Assembly: GCA_000388065.2 (NCBI GenBank)
Contig: KB932203.1
DNA length: 59,210 nucleotides
Source: Fonticula alba ATCC 38817
Lineage: Eukaryota; Protista; Nucleariida
Direction: 5' to 3' (one strand)
Positions 36,414 to 47,318 of this stretch are shown here, piece after piece. The stretch's first letter is position 1. Every line of letters starts with the position of its first letter. The translations under genes were made by a program, and so were the position numbers. The notes beneath the pieces were generated by a model. That model had not been told where the DNA came from and searched no databases. It saw only the letters and a program-made list of their open reading frames with translations.

Positions 36414-38462
36414 ATGCTCAAGTCCGAGCCGCCACTCGGGCGCGCTGAAAATGAGCATCCACCAATCGATCTCACCCTGAGCGGCCCCACGGCCGAGCTG
36501 GAGCCCCGGCACCCTGCGCCCCGATCGCGCAGCACTCGTGTCCAGGCCGCCATCGACCAGCTTCTGGCCACTGATAGGAAAGCCTTCTCATCGGTTCGTC
36601 ATCGCCCAGTCCGCCGGTACTCCGGCTCTGACTCCGCTAACTCCATGTGCGCATGTGCCGGCACGCCAGCTCGACCCGAGTACCGATCGTGAAACGCAGG
36701 AGAAGCTCCTCGCTTCGTTGGAGCGGCAACTGGCCTCCCTCCAGCGTCGCCTTGATGCAGTAACACAGTGCGTGCTGGCATGCCTCCTTCCTGCCACCTT
36801 TCCTCGGCGCCCCCGAGAATGGCCTTGGCTCACCCGGATGCGCGCACAAAAAAAACAGGCTTGGCGAACTCATCTTGGAGGATGAGACTCTGCGCCGGAA
36901 TACGGTCGTTCCACACCAGGATATGGACTGGTCCGCAGATACCTTTCCCTGGAGTGAGGAGGCCCTGAAGGTGCGCTTCTCCACCCCCCACCCCCAGCCC
37001 TGGCACCTGGCTCCCGGCTTCGCCTGTCCAGGGTGACGGTACTGACCCGAGGGCGTAGGTGCTGCGTGAGGTGTTTGGCTTCTCGGCCTTCCGCCCCAAG
37101 CAGAAGGAGATCATCAATGCCACGATGTACGGATGCCACACATTTGCTGTTCTGCCCACGGCCGCCGGCAAGAGCCTTTGCTTTCAACTCCCCTCCCTGG
37201 TGCGTGCGCTTCCCCTTGTTGCTCTTTTGTTTGCCCTCGCGTTTGCTCACTCTCCGCCCGGCCTCGCCCGCCACCCACCCCCGCCATCCTACGCGCATGG
37301 CTCTGGCCCGCTGGCTTGACGAATAGCTTCGCCCTGGCTTCACGCTGGTCGTGTCGCCGCTCATCTCGCTGATGGAAGATCAGGCAGCCAGTCTGAATAG
37401 CCGCCGCATTCCGGCGGCCGTCCTGTCGGCCGATGTCAAAGGCGCCGACGCACGGGCCATGTACGCCAGCATGGCGGCCGGGCACTTCCGCCTGGTGTAT
37501 GCCACCCCCGAGGGGATTACCAAGCGCAAGCAATTCCTCTCTGCCTTGGAGAAGGCCCACCGTGGCGGGCTGATCGGGGGAATTGCCGTGGATGAGGCCC
37601 ACTGCTGCTCGCAATGGGGACACAACTTCCGCCCGGACTACCTGACGGCGCTGGCCTTGCTCCGAACGCAGCTGCCGGATGTGCCGGTCCTGGCGCTGAC
37701 TGCGACGGCCGACTCTCGGGTTCGAACCGATGTGGAGGAGCTTCTGCGCCTGGACCCGCAATCGGTCCAGCGTTTCCATACATCCTTCCGCCGGCGTGGA
37801 CTCGTGTATCGGGTCATCGACAAAGCCCCGAAGGGGGACTTTGCCAGTGGCATGGCCACGATCGCCGAGATCGCCCTGTCCCCGGGCCTGCAGGGGAAGT
37901 CCGGCATCGTGTACTGCCTTTCCCGGCGCGATGTGGAACTTGTGGCCGCTGCCTTGGCGGAACGCGGTACGTATATGGCCACCGGCGCGGTGTTGGCCCT
38001 CGGCGCTTGGCAAACAAGCCGCCCAGCACTGACTGTGACTCCTGGCTGGTCCGCGATTTCGGGCCCTCCCCCTCCCCCATGCCGGGCCTGGTAGGTGTCG
38101 TTTGCGCCCCCTATCACGCGCACATCGAGGCGGCCGAGCGGTCGCGCGTGCACACCCAGTGGCTGGCAAACCGCATCCAAGTGATCGTTGCCACGGTGGC
38201 CTTCGGCCTTGGGATCGACAAGCCGGATGTCCGATTTGTCATCCACCACTCCATGTCCAAGTCCCTGGAGCACTATTACCAGGAAAGCGGCCGCGCGGGG
38301 CGCGATGGGCGTGGTGGCCAGTGCATCCTGATGTATCATCCGCTCGATGTGTTCAAACCCTCAACCATGGTCTTCTCCGAGAAGAGTGGCCTTTCGAAGC
38401 TCTATGAGATGGCGCGCTATTGCGAGGACCGAACGTGCGCCGATGTATGCGGTCGCCGCTGA
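36414..38462 (+). CDS. RECQL: RecQ helicase, RECQ1-like
   Basis: N-terminal coiled coil, [127 protein letters not shown] (RECQ1-type). Five introns resolved; the 3' end is uncertain. Confidence 0.93.
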
Positions 38463-38660
38463 CCCTCCCCCCCCCCGCGTCCATCGCCCCCGTACCTTCG
38501 TGAGCGCGTGTAGTGCCCCTCAGAAGCGCCTGCGCACTCACGCGCACCAGCCGGAGCACGACGGGACGGGGTGGACTGACCCTCCCCCCCCCCCCAGCAT
38601 CCCAGCAACTCGCCGTCGGGCTCAGGACCGGTTGGTGCCCGCGCATCCCTCATCACCAAA

Positions 38661-38693
<33 letters not shown>

Positions 38694-39200
38694 AACTTCG
38701 GGAGATGAAGGGGGAGGGAGGGAGGGGGGGGGGGGAATGCGCCCGCCCCTGTGGAGTCCGGGGCAAGGGGCACTCGCCTGGGAGGCACGGGCCGGCCTCC
38801 TTCCGGGGGCAGACACCGGGCCCGGGACCACCCGCGGGCCCTGCCAATATCCTCCGGGGGCGGGCGGCGAGCGAAGATATCCGACATGCCGGCCCCAGGC
38901 CACCCGGAACAGGAAGAGGGCGACCGGCCCCCCCCCCCGGCGAGGCGATCTCTTTCGGCCAGGTACCTCTCCGCCTGCCTACCCGCGCATGGGCAGATCT
39001 CGAGAAGTTCCTCCCCCTCCCCCTCTTCGCCCTTCCTTTTTGCTTCTCCCCCGAGATGTACCTCCCGCCTCTTGTTTGCCTGCGCCCTGCTCGCTGTCGT
39101 TTCCTCGCCCCCTCCCCCTCCCCCTCCCCCCGCCTGCAGTGGCTCCGGCACAGCACTAATTCCCCGTCCTTCCGCCCGTCCGTCAGACCCGCGCCGCGCA

Positions 39201-40225
39201 ATGTCCGAATACGACATTGACAGCATCATTTTCAAGCTCCTTTCGGGTGCGTTCTCCTCTCTCCTCTTTGCCACCGCTGCCAAGCTGTGCACACGCACAC
39301 GCAGCCCATTGCCTTGCCGCCTTGCACGCGCTCACACACGCTTCCTTTCATCAGTCCGGGGCAACCGCCCGGGCATGGATGTCCCCATGACCGAGGGCGA
39401 AATCCGCTGGCTGTGTGCCAAGGCCCGTGACATCTTCATCAGCCAGCCTTCGCTCCTGGAGCTTGAGGCTCCGGTCAAGGTCTGCGGTGCGCCGTTTCGT
39501 CATTCTCTGCCCCACCCGGCGCCCCCCTCCGCCGCACGCAACCTGATTTTGACCTCCGAACATCCCGCACGCCATGTGTCCGATACTGGTGCACGCATGC
39601 GCGTACGCTCCTTTCACCCCCCACCCCGCCAGGCGACATTCACGGCCAGTACTACGATCTGCTGCGGCTGTTCGAGTACGGCGGCTTCCCGCCCGAGGCC
39701 AACTACCTCTTCCTCGGGGACTACGTCGACCGTGGTCGCCAGTCCATGGAGACCATCTGCCTGCTGTTGGCCTTCAAGATCCGCTACCCGGAGAACTTCT
39801 TCCTCTTGCGCGGGAACCACGAGTGTGCCAGCATCAACCGTATCTACGGTTTCTACGACGAATGTGCGTGGCACATTGCTCCCTCCTCGTGTGGCACTTG
39901 TCCCTTTATCCAACTCATGTACATTCGATCGCACTGCTTGCTCACTCTCTCTCTCTCTCTCTCTCTCCCCTCCCCCCCCCCCACACACACACGCAAATAT
40001 TTATCCATCCATCCATCGATGTGCGTGTGGATGCGCACGCGCACAGGCAAGCGTCGGTACAGCACCAAGCTCTGGAAGATTTTCACCGACTGCTTCAACT
40101 GCTTGCCGATTGCGGCCGTCATTGAGGAGAAGATCTTGGCCATGCATGGCGGCCTGTCACCGGACCTCCAGTCCATGGAGCAAATCCGCAACATCAACCG
40201 CCCGACTGATGTCCCGGACAGTGGT
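39201..40225 (+). CDS. PPP1C: Protein phosphatase 1 catalytic subunit (C-terminal third missing at the 10-N gap)
   Basis: [15 protein letters not shown]|[64 protein letters not shown]|[28 protein letters not shown] are near-identical to PP1. Confidence 0.95.
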
Positions 40226-40359
40226 GCGCTTGCCTTCCGGCTACACGCCCCCCTTGCCATCTTCGCTGCCTCTTCGCCCGCTCCTTCCCCGCCCTTCGGG
40301 GTCTCGGCGTCCTGCGCACTCTTGCCACTTCCCCCTGGTCCCCCTTCGAAACCTCCCCC

Positions 40360-40369
40360 NNNNNNNNNN
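40360..40369. other. 10-N assembly gap hiding the PP1 3' exons
   Basis: PP1 homology stops at RPTDVPDSG and does not resume after the gap. Confidence 0.8.
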
Positions 40370-40490
40370 CCCCTCCCTCCCATATAGAACCCCATGCCCA
40401 GCGAGGGTGCAAGGGACAACCATCGGTGGGGAATGAACCAACCTCATAAATATGTATGTATGTGAGAGGGGCTGGGGAGTGTATATTTAC

Positions 40491-40512
40491 ATATATATAT
40501 ATATATATATAT
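40491..40512. repeat. (AT)11 microsatellite between convergent PP1 and SND1 3' ends
   Basis: Read directly. Confidence 0.9.
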
Positions 40513-40662
40513 ACATATGTGGACACCCTCCGGAGGGAGGAAGGGTAGAGAAGGCGGGAGAGCCGAAAGGGGCTCGATGCACATCGGATATGTGGTTGAG
40601 CGCCACCAGGGCGCGATCATGTCATGAGGGGAGAAAAAAACAACAAACGACATGATGGACCT

Positions 40663-43600
40663 TTAGCGACGCAGGCGGAGACCGGTCATGCCGAAGCTGG
40701 TGTCATCGTCCGGGGTGAGATCACCGAACTCCCACATGCCGACCTAAATGTGTTTGTGCGTGCGTGCGTGCGTGCGTGCGAGAGATAATGGGGATACAGC
40801 CGGTGAGAGGGAGGGCGGGCGGGCAGGCGGACAGGCGGACACAAGCGACCAGTAAGGGCAAGGACAATGGGCAAATACATGCAGAGGGGAGAGCAACGAA
40901 AGGCGGAGGAAAGAGACGGTCACACGCACGCGATTGGCCTTGGCCTTCTTCTCGGCGGCCAGCACAGCAGCCAGCCAGATGGGCACCGACGCACCGGCAG
41001 CCGGGGGCTGGGACTCGGCAAAGGCGAAGCCCATGTCCACCAGCTTGGCGTTGATGGAGTCGGTCATGATCACCTCGCCCTCCTTGAGGAAGGCCAGAAC
41101 CGGCTGGGCACCGGTGGTGGGATCACGCAGACCGATGGTGTACACGCGCAGGGTGGCATTGGACACCAACCCGGCCAGGGCATTGATGGCGTCATTGTAG
41201 TAGCTGTCGCCATCGCCAAGGGCCGCATCAATGGCCGTCTGAATGTCATGCCCGGCCAGGGCGCGCTTGATGGCATCGCGAGCGGTGGCAGACGGCTCCG
41301 CAAGACGCAGCCCGGCCAGGGTATACTCGGCGGCCAGCGGCGGACGCGCCGCCAGGCTGGACGACAGGGCCCGGACAGCCGAAACCGGCAGACCAGTCTC
41401 CACCCAACCATAGTCCACGAGAATGGCATCCACCGTGGACCCGGCCACCCGGGCAATGCGCCCGCGGAACCAGCCGCCCTCGGACTCGAGGTAAATGGCA
41501 AAGAGAGCACCACGCGCGCGCAGAGCCGCCACCTCCGGCGGACTGGCGATGGCCTCGGCCTCGGCCTGGAGGAGGGTCGAAAGCTGGGCCAGCTCGCCGG
41601 AGGTGTGCACCGACTCCAGCTGCGCCATGAAGGTGCCCGTGTGCGGGCGGACATCAGTCACATAAATGACACGCTGCTCGGTCTTGGCCGCGGCCGCGGC
41701 CTCGGCCTCCTTGCGCTCGGCCTCCCGGCGGAGCTCCTCCTCCCGGCGAATCCAAATACCAAGCTTCTGCTGACGGGCCGCCTCCTCCGCGCGCTTCAGC
41801 TCCGCGGCATTGGGGGTATACTCCAGCGAGTAGGCATGGGTGTTGGCCAGGCCGCGCTCCAGCAGGCTGACCGCCAGGTCGGCCTGAGTCTTGTCATCAC
41901 CGGCCTCATAGTCCTGGAAGGAGAGGCTACCGGTGAAGGTGCCCGTGCGATCGACCCCGCTGATGCTCACCTCGACCGAGCGATTTTGCACCTGGGCCGC
42001 GGTGAAAGCGAGCGCCTCGGCGCCGAAGGGCTCCTCCTTGCTCGGATCGCCGGAGCCAGCCCCGCCGGCCGGGGCACGAGGGCATTGGACCCCCTGCAGG
42101 GAGAAGGTCAGCAGGACCGAGTCCCCTGGGAGGATGATCTTCATCCGGCTGCCGGAGACAACGTGCTCAACAATGCCACGATGACGGGCACCAGGCGCCC
42201 GAGTCAGGAAGGGCAGGAACTGCTTGGCCTTGTTGACCGAGGCGCTGATGTCATTCAGGCCGCCCGCGGCCGGCGGCTTGCCCGAGTGAATGCCCACCTT
42301 CTTGTTCTTGGCCTGAATCTCGGCCGCGATCAGGGCATCATAGTTCAGAGGGCGGGGCATGTCATGGCGGATCTTCTGCACGGTGGCCATGCCGGACTCG
42401 ATGAGCTTGACGGCAAGGTCACTGTGGTATAGATGAGACACAGAGAGAGGGAGAGAGGGGGGAGAGNNNNNNNNNNNNNNNNNNNNNNNNNNNNNNNNNN
42501 NNNNNNNNNNNNNNNNNNNNNNGAGAGAGAGAGAGAGAGGAAGGGAGGGAGAGAGAGACAGAGAGAGAGGGAGAGATAAGTGAGTCAGAAATCTTGGAAC
42601 GGAGGAGGGGGGAGATGCCCTTGGCGGCCACCAAGGTCCGAGGTACGTACAGGTTGCCAATTCGAATGGACACACACGGGCGCTCATCGAAGTCGTCCAC
42701 GCCGGGGCGGCTGTACTCGTGGGTGACGGTCACTGGCTTCTTGGTGTCCATCAGGAGCTCACGAGTGAACTCGCGCGAGCGAGCCACCCACGGGGCCTCG
42801 GCCTCGTTCTTCAGGTTCGGGGCAAAGACACCGGCCAGCTGGATGCGGGTCTCGCGCTCGAAGCCGGTCTCAGCCGAGTACATGGCATACATGCCGGCGC
42901 TGACGACACGGCACACGCGAGCCGCAGTGTAGGCCTTGCCCTGAGTGGGGCCGCTGGCAGCGGCTGAGGAGGACGTCGCACCAGCACCACCCACCACCTT
43001 GGCGGCGGTCGCCGCGGGCGGAACATAATCCCGGAACACGCGCAGGCGCTTGCTACGCGCCTGGTTGAAGGCACCAAGCAGGGGAGTCACCCCGCCGGCG
43101 GCCGCCGACACGGAGGCCATGGTATGATCATTGGGCAGGACGTAGCCGCCCTGGGCCAGGGCCACGGCAAAGGAAGCCCCAGCACGATTAGTAAGGGACC
43201 CGGTAAACCAGAGGCTCTGAGGGTTGAGATCCTCCAGGATGACGGTGACATTCTGCTGGAGGAGACGCGACTCGGCGAAGCTGTGAGCCTCGGCGGCCAC
43301 AGGATCATCGGACTCGGCGCGAGAGGACCCGGCCCGCACGCCGGCCAGCTGAAGGTTGATCGCCTGACGCGAGGGGAGCAGAGTGACCAGGTAGGAGGAG
43401 CCGTTGCGCACACGCTCGACGACAGCTGCCAAGGAGGGAAGCTGGTGTGAGTGGATTGGCAAAGGTGGGGCAAAGACACAGGGACAGTGCGATCGGAAAC
43501 ATGGGCATGCCCGTACCCTCCAGGGTCTTGCCCTTGTTCTTGGCTAGGAAGGCCTCGGCGGGCTTGGCATCGGTGAACAGCGGCGGGTTGGGCGAGAGAG

Positions 43601-44425
43601 GCTACCAGAGAGAAGGGGAAGATAGAGGGAGAGAGGGAGGGGGAGAGGGAGAGGGAGAGAGAGTTAGCGAGGCCCAGAGATAGGGAGCATTACATGCAGC
43701 AGGTCGCACCTTGGTAGAAGACCAAGCGCCAACGGCATTCTCTTTGGCAGACTCCTCGGCCGCGAGCAGGGCCGCGAGATGAGCGGGCTGATCGCTACAG
43801 ATCACAGCAGCGGGAGGAGAGAGGGGGGGGGTGGAGAGGAAGAACGAAAGGGGCCTGGGTCAGAGGGGGAAAAGACGGAGAATCATGCCAAGGAGGGAGA
43901 TAACTCGGAGGGACATACTGCTTGGTGTTCTGCTGGCGGACCTTGACGAAGCCGGTCTCGACATACTGGGCGTTGAGGTTGTCGGTGTCGGGGTTGGGGC
44001 CAACGAAGATGGTGCAGAACTCCCGGCCGTTGGGCAAAGAGTACTCCACGCGGATGGCCGCAGGCCGACCGACACACAACTTGCGCAGCGCCTCGCGCGC
44101 CTCCCAGGCAAAGGGCTGCCATTGGCAATAGAGATGAAGAGCATGAGATATATATATATACATACATAAGTAAACGAGCAGCCAGCCAACCGGGTGAGTG
44201 ACCCAAGGGAGAAGACGGCGCATGCACGTGTGCGGGTAGGTATGGGCGTACCTCGGAGGGAGTGGCGGCATCCTTGCCCATCTGAGGGGCAACAATACCA
44301 GCGAGGGAGACCACCTTCTCGGGTGGGGGGTTGCCAGAGGGGGCCCGGATGACGATGGTGTTGCCGTTGAGCACGGACTTGATCACACACCGAGGCAGAC
44401 TGCTGAGATCGGCAGGGGACGTCAT
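40663..44425 (-). CDS. SND1: Tudor-SN (staphylococcal nuclease domain protein 1): four SN domains plus Tudor-SN5
   Basis: VIKSVLNGNTIVIR..EKVVSLAGIVAP..PFAWEAREALRKLCVG (SN1), VVERVRNGS (SN2), SN3, GIVEHVVSGSRM..EPFGAEALAF (SN4), Tudor WFRGRI..VDYG, last exon GMWEFGDLTPDDDTSFG matching the SND1 C-terminus. Confidence 0.94.
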
Positions 44426-44760
44426 GGCTTCAGGACAGACGTGTGCAGGGTGCACGCAACAGGACAAGAAGCAAGGGAGGGGGGAGGGAGAGAGAGAGGG
44501 GGGGGAGGGAGAGGAAGAGAGAATGGATCAGGGGTTGAGGAGGCCGCCCGGATCCGTGTGCGAAGGCTTCGACGGGGCCCAAGTGGGAACAGCGCCTGAA
44601 GAAGGCTTCGGCGGCTGGACCACCCCACAACGCCCTGCCCACCCCTTCTCTGCAGAGCACCCTCATCCACAAGACTCGACGGAGCCAACAGGGCCCCCAC
44701 CCCAAGAGGGGAAGCTAGATGGTTCTTCAAGTCGCGACAGGAAGAGGTCCCCTCACCCTC

Positions 44761-44761
44761 C

Positions 44762-44810
<49 letters not shown>
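44761..44810. repeat. (GA)n microsatellite upstream of SND1
   Basis: Read directly. Confidence 0.85.
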
Positions 44811-44817
<7 letters not shown>

Positions 44818-45462
44818 AGGACTTGTGAGCCGTCCGCCTAGAGGGCCAGTTGCTCGATACCGATGTGTCCAGCTTTCGCAGGACCCCTCCATCTTCGAGT
44901 CCTGCTCCGCCTCCCTGCGCTACCCCGTTCCGGGGCGCATCTCGGGAGGATGTTTCTCCAGCCTCACTCACCTGGCGAAGGGCCAGGACGCGGAGACAGC
45001 GCGAGCTAGGACACCTAGAGAGAAAGGGAGCGGCCAGGAAGTACTGAGCGCTGGGAGCTGTCCCAACCAAATAAATACACGTGATGCGTGCGTGACACTG
45101 AAACCATGAGGCCCAAACCATGGCGTCTGCGTTGGGCCGCCCGGACCTTGTGGGCAGGCGGGGATTGAACCGCAAACGCCAGGGGCGGAAGGAGCGTGAC
45201 GCGGGGAGAGCCCGCGCAAAGGGAACCGGCGTGTGCGTCAGATCGCGCCTCGGCCGCAGGTCATCTCTGGCTTGACTCCCNNNNNNNNNNNNNNNNNNNN
45301 NNNNNNNNNNNNNNNNNNNNNNNNNNNNNNNNNNNNNNNNNNNNNNNNNNNNNNNNNNNNNNNNNNNNNNNNNNNNNNNNNNNNNNNNNNNNNNNNNNNN
45401 NNNNNNNNNNNNNNNNNNNNNNNNNNNNNNNNNNNNNNNCCCCCCCCTTATCGGCCAGCACC

Positions 45463-47025
45463 ATGTCCGCCCCCCCTAAACCTGAGTTCGATGCCTCTGC
45501 GACGACAACTTCGCTGGCCGCGTCCGTCGGCCTGGCCAAGTCGCTCGTATCCTCCTGGTTCTCGGATGTCGACCAGGCCAAGCCCACTTCGGCGTCCGAT
45601 GGCAAGGGCGCCTCGGCTGGCTCGAAACCCACCAAGCAGACCCGGTACGCCTGTCGGCTCGCCAATGCCACCGGATAAGGCGTGGCGGCCTGCCACACCT
45701 GCATACACTCCCATGTGCACAGATACATATATATATATATGCATATTTGCACATTCACGTGCAGATAGCCCAAGGCGCATATGTTACTGACACACATGTT
45801 GACGTCCACTGAAGCTCTGGTATCGGCGCCACTACCAGCGCCACCCTGCAGAAGGCTGTGGCCGATTACGCTTCCAATGCCTCACAGCGCCGCCTGGCTC
45901 GAGACCTGGCCCTGATTGACAAGGCCCATGTACAGGGGCCTGGCACCGAGGATGGCGAGGATGTCGGCGTGTCGGCACCGTCCAAGCGCCGGCGCCCGGC
46001 TGACGATGATGACGGCGACCAGAGCGATGACTTCGACGAGGAAGACAGCCGCTCGCGTGTGGTGGCCAAGATGCGGATAGCTGCCGAGGCGCAGCTCCAG
46101 CAGAAGCAGCTTGGCGAGGCACCCGGCTCCAAGCAGAAGATCCTGCCCGATGGCACGGTTCTGTCGGTGGCCAAGCGCCGGCGTCTCCGGAAGAAGGCTG
46201 CCAAGGAGGGCCGCGCCTCCACCGATGGCGGGGCCGCCCCCAGCGAGGTGGCTCCTGTGCCGACCGCCTCCACTGAGAAGCCTGTCGCCGAGGAGGAGCC
46301 CACCGCCACGCAGCCCGCCGCCACGCAGCCCGCTCCCGTGGCTGCCAATGATGCCACCGCGGAGAACACCGATCCGTGGGCCACGAACTGGAGCGATGCC
46401 TCCGGCGCTGAGAGCGACTCTGACGAGGAGTCCTCCCCGGCTGCTCCCACTGGCAACAGCCGCATCCGCGTTCAGCCTCTGGATCTATCGCGCACACGTC
46501 TTCCGCGTGAGCTTCGCCCGAACCTCCACGCTGGCGATGATCGCCCGGAGAAGGATGTGCGTCTCGGCAGCGATGCCAGAATGCCTTTCATGTTGGTCAG
46601 AAGCACCATCCATCCACTTCCGTACTTACCAGCCTATCTGTGGCATTTTATCCCCCTTGCACACATGGGCACGCCCCCGCCTCACACACACACATTTGCT
46701 CTCCGGCAGAAGAACGCCAAGCCAGCCAAGTCTAAGCGGCGCAGCCGGCAGAAGAACCTCAAGAAGGATACCCGGCCCGATCATCAGGTATGCAACACCA
46801 GGGCGACGCATCTTCCTCCTTGTAGACATCGCCTTCTCAGCTCTGACTCTCTCTCTCTCCCTCTCGGCACTTCTCCGCGCCCTTCCCCATCCGCCTTCCG
46901 AGCAGAAGCCCACCTATCTTACCCCGGGAGCGGCTGACTACCGGCCCATCCTTGGCCCGAAGAAGCGCGCTGACAAGGCGTCCGGGCCCAAGGACAAGAA
47001 GGACAACCTCAAGGTCTTCGACTGA
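45463..47025 (+). CDS. Hypothetical acidic/basic protein, possibly nucleolar (DUF3245-like N-terminus)
   Basis: Exon 1 AASVGLAKSLVSSWF then spliced RSGIGA resembles the DUF3245 pattern as I remember it. Basic C-terminus KSKRRSRQKNLKKDTRPDHQ|KPTYLTPG. Four exons inferred. Family call is tentative. Confidence 0.55.
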
Positions 47026-47318
47026 GGATGGCATCTTGCTGCTGTTGCTGCTGCATTGGCCTTCCGACTCTGCCATATCCCATTTCCCTGTGCCATAAAG
47101 AAATAGACACAAGACCACGTTGCCTAGGCGTGTGCACATTCGTACGCATAGGCACAAGGTGTGGCCATCAACGGGGAGAGGCGGGAGGACAGGGGGGGGG
47201 AGGAGGAAGAGTGTATTTGGGGCGAGGGGCGGGGGAATCCAGAAAAATGGGCGCTGGAAGCAAGCAAACAACAGGACACAGAGCGTGTCCCACACCCACG
47301 CACGCAGCCATATACCCG

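Noticed and set aside
40370-40450. Sequence after the PP1 gap as the PP1 continuation
   Set aside because: No frame encodes LLCDLLWSDP, RAHQVVEDGYEF or FSAPNYC; the missing exons are more likely in the gap than PP1 being a pseudogene.
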